Source: an uncultured Gammaproteobacteria bacterium
GTDB taxonomy: Bacteria; Patescibacteriota; Patescibacteriia; UBA9934; GWF2-40-263
Reading direction: 5' to 3'
NCBI GenBank assembly: GCA_964402425.1
Contig: CAYOCD010000001.1
Location: forward strand, 4,349-68,348
DNA length: 64,000 nucleotides
Shown here: piece by piece, positions 57,049-64,000 of the stretch
Layout: each line of letters starts with the position of its first letter
Position numbering within the stretch: the first letter of the stretch is position 1
Program-made: the position numbers and the translations under genes
The notes under the pieces: model-generated
Database searches by the model: none
What the model was told of the DNA's origin: nothing
What the model saw: only the letters and a program-made list of their open reading frames with translations

Positions 57049-57906
57049 TTATTCCTCTCGCACCTGAATTTTTTTTGCCTCTGCGTATTTCATCATTGTA
57101 TCTCTGAGCGCCACATTCACGGGACGCATTTCAATTCCGTATTCCGCAAGGCGTGTATTCGACAAAAAATTATTTGAACGTCCTTTCTTTGCAAGCCCCT
57201 GTTCAACAAGGGCTGCGTTTGGAATCCACTCGCAAGAATGATTTGCGTCAACAAGTTCATGATACAAATCAAGAAGCTCGCGGTGTTTCATTGTGCCTGG
57301 ATTTGAGACATGAAAAATTCCGGTCGCCTTCTTCTCAAGCATCTGATGAAACACACCGATCATATCTTCAACGATTGTGACAGAGTTTTCAACATCAATC
57401 ACTTTTGGATACGTCGCGAGTTTATCGATCATGTTGTTACTCGACGGAATCCAATCGATCGGCATACGGACGCGTGCGATCCCAATATTCGGCAACGTTG
57501 AAAGCACAAGATCTGCTGCCCACTTAGCACGTGAGTAGACGGCAGATGGATTTCCATGATCCTCTTCTTTCCATGCACGATCCTCGTGTTGAGAATCTCC
57601 GTAGAAGATACAACCCGACCCCATGTGGAGCAGATAGAGTCCCATTTCTGCACACGCGTCCGCAAGGATCATGGGAAGGATCGCATTCCCGCGCATGGTC
57701 TCAAGTTGATGATCTTCGCACCAATCCACGTTTGGTTTTCCACGCACCCCCGCTGCATTCAAAATGACATCTGGTTGGTGTTTTGCAAATTCGGCAAGGG
57801 CGTCTTCTTTCGAGTGGATGCGCACATCAGACAAAATCGCTTCGTCCTTCCATGCATCCGCAAGGCGTTGGCCAAGATACCCTTTTCCAAAAATTAAAAT
57901 TTTCAT
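57049..57906 (-). CDS. NDP-4-keto-6-deoxyglucose 3,5-epimerase/4-reductase (NRS/ER-type, RmlD-like SDR)
   Basis: FGKGYLG, GKPNVDWCE, GSGCIF, YSRAK, RVRMPI and RSN. Confidence 0.8.
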   Translation of the reverse strand: MKILIFGKGYLGQRLADAWKDEAILSDVRIHSKEDALAEFAKHQPDVILNAAGVRGKPNVDWCEDHQLETMRGNAILPMILADACAEMGLYLLHMGSGCIFYGDSQHEDRAWKEEDHGNPSAVYSRAKWAADLVLSTLPNIGIARVRMPIDWIPSSNNMIDKLATYPKVIDVENSVTIVEDMIGVFHQMLEKKATGIFHVSNPGTMKHRELLDLYHELVDANHSCEWIPNAALVEQGLAKKGRSNNFLSNTRLAEYGIEMRPVNVALRDTMMKYAEAKKIQVREE

Positions 57907-58919
57907 ACGCTGTGACCTTTATGTTTATACTGCGACTCGTAATATTCTTTATACGCTCCAGACTTACAGTTTGCGATCCATTCTGGATTCTGTTTGTACC
58001 ATTCGATCGTTTGCGCAATTCCGTCTTCAAAATTCATCTTTGGCTCCCAGCCGAGTTCTGTTCTGAGCTTTTGGCTATTAAGGGCATATCGACGATCATG
58101 ACCTGGGCGATCAAGCACATACTCAAGATAAGATTCATCTCGACCCGCATGTTTCAACATCTGACGAATGAGTTCAATGTTCGGCATGCGATGTCCGGTT
58201 CCGATGTTATACGCCTCGCCAACATTTCCTTTCTGTGCAATTACATCAATCGCGCGACAGTGATCTTCTGTAAAGATCCATTCTCGCACTTGAAGACCAT
58301 CTCCATACACAGGAACCTTTTTTCCGTCGACGAGGTTGCAGGTAAATAACGGAATCAACTTTTCTGGAAACTGATACGGACCATAAAAGTTGACGGAGTG
58401 CGTAACAATCACCGGCGTTCCAAACGTAACAGCCGCCGCGTGACAGAGTAAATCTCCCGCCGCCTTTGAGGCTGCGTATGGACTGCGTGGTTCAAACGAT
58501 GCTTTCTCATCAGACTCACCTTCAAGAACCGCACCGTAAACTTCATCTGTTGAAATTTGCACGTAGCGCGGAATTTTATATTTACGAACAGCTTCAAGTA
58601 GATTATGCACGCCAATAACATTTGTCTGAACAAAAACATCCGGATCAAGAATCGATCGGTCAACATGTGTCTCCGCCGCATAGTTTATGAGCACATCTGC
58701 CCCTTTTGAAAGAAGAGCCTCAACATCCTCACGTTTGGAAATATTTCCTTTTACGAACGAGTAACGTGGATTTGAATCCAAATCTGCCAAATTCAACAAA
58801 TTCCCCGCGTACGTCAAATCATCAAAGTTTACCACTTCGACATCTTGATATTCACGCAAAAGATAGCGAATCATGTTTGACCCCATGAATCCCGCCCCGC
58901 CTGTAATGATAATTTTCAT
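57903..58919 (-). CDS. rmlB: dTDP-glucose 4,6-dehydratase
   Basis: TGGAGFMGS, LTYAGN, AAETHVDRSI, STDEVYG, YAASK and DRPGHDRRYA. Confidence 0.97.
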   Translation of the reverse strand: MKIIITGGAGFMGSNMIRYLLREYQDVEVVNFDDLTYAGNLLNLADLDSNPRYSFVKGNISKREDVEALLSKGADVLINYAAETHVDRSILDPDVFVQTNVIGVHNLLEAVRKYKIPRYVQISTDEVYGAVLEGESDEKASFEPRSPYAASKAAGDLLCHAAAVTFGTPVIVTHSVNFYGPYQFPEKLIPLFTCNLVDGKKVPVYGDGLQVREWIFTEDHCRAIDVIAQKGNVGEAYNIGTGHRMPNIELIRQMLKHAGRDESYLEYVLDRPGHDRRYALNSQKLRTELGWEPKMNFEDGIAQTIEWYKQNPEWIANCKSGAYKEYYESQYKHKGHSV

Positions 58920-58931
58920 AGTGTCGGCATC

Positions 58932-59357
58932 TTATTTGCTCGATGAAATCTCGTCAACGCTCAATCGAATACGCTTTCCAAGTTCCGCAAGTTCCTCCGC
59001 TGTCACATCGCGATGTCCCCACATTTTATGACCATCGTCTGCAAATCGAGGGATGAAGTGAAAATGCGTTTTCATAATCACCTGCCCTGCAACAGCACCG
59101 TTGTTTGTCGTGAAATTGAAATCCGTTGCGCCCACAGATTGCAAAATCGCGGGTGCAAGTTTTTTTGCGATCGAGCACATATGGGCAAGAATTTCATCTG
59201 AAGTACTCATCATGTTCTCACACAATTCTTTTGGAACAAACAGCGTATGACCAGGATTTACCGGAAAGATATCCAGAAAAACAATCACCTGTTCATCTTC
59301 ATACAAAATCTCCGCAGGAATTTCTTTTCGAATAATTTTGTCAAAAATTGTATCCAT
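58932..59357 (-). CDS. HIT family hydrolase
   Basis: IF.KII..EIP, GHTL.VPK and AGQV; the triad reads THFHF rather than HxHxH. Confidence 0.9.
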   Translation of the reverse strand: MDTIFDKIIRKEIPAEILYEDEQVIVFLDIFPVNPGHTLFVPKELCENMMSTSDEILAHMCSIAKKLAPAILQSVGATDFNFTTNNGAVAGQVIMKTHFHFIPRFADDGHKMWGHRDVTAEELAELGKRIRLSVDEISSSK

Positions 59358-59359
59358 AC

Positions 59360-59719
59360 TTATTTATATTTTAGTAATCGAAGAACAAGAACAGGAATAA
59401 GAAACGAAACGAAACTAATCAAGACACGCCATCCCCCAAAAACACTTCCAAGATTCCACGTAAGCACAGCAGCAAAAATACCACAGAGGAACAAGAGAAC
59501 ATATTGAAGTTGTGGTCGATCTGTATATTCTTGTACAACAGATCCCCACCAAATCCCAAATACCATAATTCCAATTAAAAAGATGTGTACGGAAAAAAAC
59601 CGTGCAACAAATCCTGGACGGATCAGATCAAGCGCCCAAAACAATACATAGGACACAAGACTCACCAAAAATCCTGTTTGTGCCACAGCTGCTTGTTCTT
59701 CTCTTTCAAAATGCATCAT
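59360..59719 (-). CDS. Small multi-TM membrane protein
   Basis: About four hydrophobic helices; within an operon. Confidence 0.7.
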   Translation of the reverse strand: MMHFEREEQAAVAQTGFLVSLVSYVLFWALDLIRPGFVARFFSVHIFLIGIMVFGIWWGSVVQEYTDRPQLQYVLLFLCGIFAAVLTWNLGSVFGGWRVLISFVSFLIPVLVLRLLKYK

Positions 59720-59723
59720 AATT

Positions 59724-61181
59724 TCACGGACGATTAAATGAAGCAAACAAGTTTTGATACCACAGCATCGGTGCGCGCCTCATGACAAGATCGATCTGTT
59801 TTACATCGACATGCGCCTGCAACTCCTCAATTTCCGGTGTGGAAAATGTAAACTTCCAACTTCCCTGATCAAGATAGAGTTGTTGTGCATCCAATCGAAC
59901 CGTCGCAACATTCCATCCATCACGGACTTCCGGTGGAGTATATTTTGCCAAAATATAATTCACGTGTAACGAATCAAGATCTGTGTGTGGTAAGAGGCGA
60001 ATGGAATCTGGACGAAAATACTGTGCTTCAGAAAACACAATCGGAGCATCTGTTAAAATCTCTACATCTTCTTTTGAAACAGTGACCGGAATCAATCCTT
60101 GTTCTTTTATCGACTCCGTTACCAATTGATACGGAGCGGGAATGTGCAATACACCGGAACCAATCTTCATCGTCTGAACACTTTCTGCGTGACGCGTCTG
60201 TGCAGAAAGACGTTTTGCTTCCGTCCAAAATGTGACCGGAGTGAATGATTCACGATATCCGGATACATCCCCAAGATACACTCCATTCAAAAAAACGATT
60301 TTTTGTTGTGTAGTCTTAATGGATCGCACAAAAATATCACGACTTGCTTGTACATCTATTTTATAAACACCTTCTGGCAACACCCCTGTTTCCACAAGAA
60401 CTGTTTTTAATGTTGTCGCCCGTTTATCCGACGATACATTCCCATCATCTTCCACGCGCACATGTAAAATCGGACGATTTGTTTCATCTGTCACACTTAT
60501 CAAGATCGGATCGGATCCGTTATCCCGATTCATATCCATATAGGAAAACTCGGCGTAAATCGGTTCTTGTTTCACATACACCTTACTTGTATGTGCCCCC
60601 CGCAAAGAAACGGAAATTGTTTGCGCTATTTTTGACGCAACATAATTTGGCAAACGAAACGGAATAAATAAATCTGTATGATAGGTTGCAATTTCATCGC
60701 GTGAGGGTGGGTGTGCAAAAAACTCCGCGACTGTTTTATATGTGGGTGTACGTTGCAACAACAAGGTCTCCCCTTCGTTTATACGCGACCACGGAGATTG
60801 ATCAATGATGAGATTTTGGAGTGTTCGTAAAAAATAACGCGGAGGATTCACGGAAGTGAGCGCACCAAACTCCACAATAGGCGTATCAACATTTTTAAAC
60901 CAAATCGTTGCATCAATCGTATCGAACGTACGATGCGGATGTACAAAGAAAAAAACAGGATCCCCCACAATCGTCTGAAACCAATTTTCGTCCGCATCTT
61001 TTTTAAGAACACCCACACGCTCATTTGGAGCAAGCGCGTCTATAAACGGAGACGCTTCTTCTAAGGAATGGGAAATGGCGAATGTTCCATTCGGGACAAA
61101 ATTTTTTACACCAAGCCAACCGAGAATACTTATCGGAATGAGAATCAATAAAAACTGAATGATGCGCGCAAACAGATGCAT
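59724..61181 (-). CDS. Membrane-anchored exported hypothetical protein
   Basis: 485-aa ORF with an N-terminal TM and D.NR..G.D motif. Confidence 0.75.
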   Translation of the reverse strand: MHLFARIIQFLLILIPISILGWLGVKNFVPNGTFAISHSLEEASPFIDALAPNERVGVLKKDADENWFQTIVGDPVFFFVHPHRTFDTIDATIWFKNVDTPIVEFGALTSVNPPRYFLRTLQNLIIDQSPWSRINEGETLLLQRTPTYKTVAEFFAHPPSRDEIATYHTDLFIPFRLPNYVASKIAQTISVSLRGAHTSKVYVKQEPIYAEFSYMDMNRDNGSDPILISVTDETNRPILHVRVEDDGNVSSDKRATTLKTVLVETGVLPEGVYKIDVQASRDIFVRSIKTTQQKIVFLNGVYLGDVSGYRESFTPVTFWTEAKRLSAQTRHAESVQTMKIGSGVLHIPAPYQLVTESIKEQGLIPVTVSKEDVEILTDAPIVFSEAQYFRPDSIRLLPHTDLDSLHVNYILAKYTPPEVRDGWNVATVRLDAQQLYLDQGSWKFTFSTPEIEELQAHVDVKQIDLVMRRAPMLWYQNLFASFNRP

Positions 61182-61193
61182 ACAGAAACAGAA

Positions 61194-62786
61194 TTACTCA
61201 ACGTTCTTTATGAGATACAACGACTCAACACCAAAAGTTTCAACAAATTCAATACGCAATGCCTGTGGTCCTAATTTCTGTTCATTCAAAAATTGAAGAT
61301 CTTTTTCTGGAAGTGTGATTCCGTAATAATACACAGGGACATGTTCAATAAGGTGAGGAAGCATTGTGTATGTGCGTTCTGATCGAAGCGGAACAAGCAC
61401 ATGACGCCCCGGGAAAAAAAGCTTGTCGGATCTGTCTGTGACAATCACCCCCTGTTCTGGAACGATCGCAAAGATGCGATCTTGAATGTCTTCTGATTGT
61501 TTTAATGTTGCTACCACGCGCACAAAAGCATCTTGTCCCACAAAAAAAACAATGCGCGCATTGAGCGCCCCCAAAATAAACAGACTCGTGCACAACAGAG
61601 CTACGGCAATCTTTTTAGATCGCACACGTTCAGACACCCAAACCAACGACGTGGCGATAAGAGGGGTCGACATCACAAAAACCGGAAGCCAATAGCGAAC
61701 ATAGGAATTGGCGATCGTGATTTGTGCTGGATCCGGATTATCATGCAGCCGCCAGCTTCCGTACCAGACACACACCCATCCCGCAACCAACACAGTAACG
61801 ATCGTATAGATCTTTTGCTTTTTTGTTTTCCAAACAATGGGGAGTGCATACAGCGCAGGAATTGTAAGCCACCAAAATAACAAAAAGAGGTAATCAAGTG
61901 TGTGCCAAAAAACGGCGCGTGGATGAAACCCAAACGGAAAAAGAAATGACATTTTTTCTGCAACATCTTCCTTTACAACATCTTGAACGATTGTGCTTTG
62001 GATCGATGAAACAAATGTATATCCGAACGTAAGTGGATGACCATATGTTAAGAAGTTCATGACAAACATGAGGACCAATACACTCGCAACCCCCGCTCCA
62101 AAAGACATGATACGTTGAACGGAAAAGGATGCCCGAAGCGTATATAAGAGAAAAATAAATAATGGGAGAAGCCAATAAACTTCCGAAAGACGAACAAAAA
62201 GAGCGAGTCCAAGAAACAACCCTGCAAAAAACGGAGCGATTTTTCCGGATACAGAAAAACGCACAAGAAACCAAGTGGAAAAAATAAGGCAACAAACAAA
62301 TAACACATTTGGCATCAATCCTCGTGCCGAGTAATACCAAACAGCCGGATGAAACAGAAACAGAAGACTGGAAAGAAGCGCAACACGCGCAGAAAACCAT
62401 TGCTCAATAATCTGCTTCCACGCCAGTGCCGCAACAAGAACAAGAATTGGCGTGAAAAATGTGAGCGACCATGATCCAAATATGTGTAAAAACATCCCGT
62501 ACAAAAATGCGAGTCCAAGAAAACTTCCCGGAATTAAATACGCACCGTCTGTAATGATTGATCGTGGATGCAAGACTCCCCCAAGTGTTTGATTCCATGC
62601 ATCAAACACACGAAACGAACCAGCTTGCTGAAGGGCGCGTGCAAAAAATGCACTCGCAGTTTCATCAGGGGAAATGAAAAGATGCGTGAAACGTGTGAGA
62701 TAAAACGTGGAAAGAAAAAAGATGAGGGCACACGCAATCCCTACTCCATACGTAGAAAAAAATTTTACAACAGATTTAAATCCCAT
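61194..62786 (-). CDS. GT-C glycosyltransferase (PMT/ArnT-like)
   Basis: Many TM helices, SPDE acidic loop after TM1 and RYWLP motif. Confidence 0.8.
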   Translation of the reverse strand: MGFKSVVKFFSTYGVGIACALIFFLSTFYLTRFTHLFISPDETASAFFARALQQAGSFRVFDAWNQTLGGVLHPRSIITDGAYLIPGSFLGLAFLYGMFLHIFGSWSLTFFTPILVLVAALAWKQIIEQWFSARVALLSSLLFLFHPAVWYYSARGLMPNVLFVCCLIFSTWFLVRFSVSGKIAPFFAGLFLGLALFVRLSEVYWLLPLFIFLLYTLRASFSVQRIMSFGAGVASVLVLMFVMNFLTYGHPLTFGYTFVSSIQSTIVQDVVKEDVAEKMSFLFPFGFHPRAVFWHTLDYLFLLFWWLTIPALYALPIVWKTKKQKIYTIVTVLVAGWVCVWYGSWRLHDNPDPAQITIANSYVRYWLPVFVMSTPLIATSLVWVSERVRSKKIAVALLCTSLFILGALNARIVFFVGQDAFVRVVATLKQSEDIQDRIFAIVPEQGVIVTDRSDKLFFPGRHVLVPLRSERTYTMLPHLIEHVPVYYYGITLPEKDLQFLNEQKLGPQALRIEFVETFGVESLYLIKNVE

Positions 62787-63354
62787 ACGTAAATAAACTG
62801 ATCACAGCAAGCACAATCGCAAGAGCAAACGTTCCGATGGAAAACGGAATAAACAGATCAAACCCAACCCAAAGGGCAATTAACAACAAAGTGATGCCAA
62901 GTACTTGGAAAAACATTTTTGTTTTTCCAAAAATATTGGAACCCATATGCCGTCCTTGTTTTTTACGAAGATACCCCCCAATCATGATCATCGAATCTAC
63001 AAACAAAATAAGAGCACCAAAAATTGGATTGATATGCTGCATGACTACAAGGATAATCACAGATCCAATTAACAGCTTATCTGCGAGCGGATCATAAAAT
63101 GTTCCCCACTCTGTCACCTGATGACGCAATCGGGCAACAGAACCATCGAGAGCGTCTGTAAACGCCGCGAACAAAAAAAGCGGAACACCGATGTTAAACT
63201 GATCATAAAACAAAAAATACAACACGAACGGAACCATAACCATGCGTGCAATTGTAATCATGTTTGGTGTCACAAAACGCGGCACAAGCGGCACGAACGT
63301 ATAGCGCATGAAATAATCATGCGGGAACAATTTGCTGGGGTCGCGATGGAGCAT
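62776..63354 (-). CDS. pgsA: CDP-alcohol phosphatidyltransferase (PgsA-like)
   Basis: TPNMITIAR and TDALDG.VAR......WG...DPLADK signature; start placed at ATG 63354. Confidence 0.88.
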   Translation of the reverse strand: MLHRDPSKLFPHDYFMRYTFVPLVPRFVTPNMITIARMVMVPFVLYFLFYDQFNIGVPLFLFAAFTDALDGSVARLRHQVTEWGTFYDPLADKLLIGSVIILVVMQHINPIFGALILFVDSMIMIGGYLRKKQGRHMGSNIFGKTKMFFQVLGITLLLIALWVGFDLFIPFSIGTFALAIVLAVISLFTYGI

Positions 63355-63372
63355 ATGATAAACTGAATGGGT

Positions 63373-64000
63373 ATGCGAAGTCGATTCCACTCTATCATCT
63401 TTCCCTCGCTTTTTCTAGCGTTTTTCAGCATAAACACCTTTCTTCTCACACAGCCAATTCTTGGCGCTTTTTTGCTCATTACCTACCTGATTTTCATTGG
63501 ATCACATCTTGGTATACAACGTTGGCGTGGCATTTGGATCGCCCTTTCTATCATCATGATTCTTGGGTCCATTGCCTATTACAGCGCATCTGTTCCTGCC
63601 ATTTTATTTCAAGGAATCGTTCTTTTCTCCACCATCGCAAGCGGAATCATCTCATTTCAGACAAAGACACAAGAACGGAACGATCACATCCAACCCATTC
63701 TCAAAAACGTCATTTCATCCATCCGAACCAATTTTGCCCCTCCTATTCTCATTGCGTCATTTTGCACTCTGTTTCTTCTTGTTCTCTTTTTTCGCATCCT
63801 TGATGCACACCCCATCGTAAACGCCGTCAGATCTCCATGGGATCAATTTTCTCCAGCAATACTCATTTTATTCGCTCTTGCCACCCTTCTTGTTTCTGTC
63901 TTGTTGTATCGTGGTCGTGAAAAAACCCTTTCCATTTTTCTCTTTACCTTACTCATCGGCTCTCTCTTTTCGTTTATCGCCATCAGTTATCCAATTGGGT
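63373..64000 (+). CDS. Multi-TM membrane protein, truncated by window edge
   Basis: Manual translation from ATG 63373 gives MRSRFHSIIFPSLFLAFFSINTFLL..., hydrophobic; -10 TAAACT 8 nt upstream. Confidence 0.7.
   Translation, partial: MRSRFHSIIFPSLFLAFFSINTFLLTQPILGAFLLITYLIFIGSHLGIQRWRGIWIALSIIMILGSIAYYSASVPAILFQGIVLFSTIASGIISFQTKTQERNDHIQPILKNVISSIRTNFAPPILIASFCTLFLLVLFFRILDAHPIVNAVRSPWDQFSPAILILFALATLLVSVLLYRGREKTLSIFLFTLLIGSLFSFIAISYPIG

Noticed and set aside
63522-63820. Two short plus-strand ORFs from the track
   Set aside because: They are out-of-frame shadows of the truncated membrane-protein gene starting at 63373.
1-64000. Alternative genetic code (UGA=Gly, as in Gracilibacteria/SR1)
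   Set aside because: Conserved genes are full length under code 11, and cysS and nrdJ end at TGA at the expected positions.

Overview
Chromosomal segment of a small-genome Patescibacteria/CPR bacterium. A Parcubacteria/ABY1, Uhrbacteria-like origin is inferred from the CPR-typical genes, GAGC lipoboxes and MEMO-CapA fusion. It uses genetic code 11, is about 42% GC by eye, and most genes lie on the minus strand. Core genes include ftsI (partial), dnaX, cysS, mraZ-rsmH-ftsL, uvrB/uvrA/uvrC, a MacAB-like ABC exporter, B12-dependent nrdJ with NrdR boxes, rpmB, HU, ctpA, dTDP-rhamnose genes, pgsA and tRNA-Gln(CTG). The most striking unexplained signal is a dispersed family of purine-rich 9-bp tandem repeats. 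They form inverted intergenic pairs and are also inserted in frame into dnaX, uvrA (twice), uvrB and nrdJ (twice), where the same DNA unit is read in different frames. Other highlights: a GIY-YIG gene flanked by a repeat that also sits inside uvrB; a promoter-driven multi-stem RNA upstream of tRNA-Gln plus a duplicated hairpin motif downstream; pervasive leaderless promoter architecture; a high-GC orphan gene with a structured leader; and several unusual proteins (NUDIX-CobO, 2H+MYG1-like, single-Cys flavoprotein disulfide reductase, eukaryote-type PP2C, NRS/ER-type epimerase-reductase, tandem-Tudor lipoprotein). All calls come from reading the sequence; no database searches were run.
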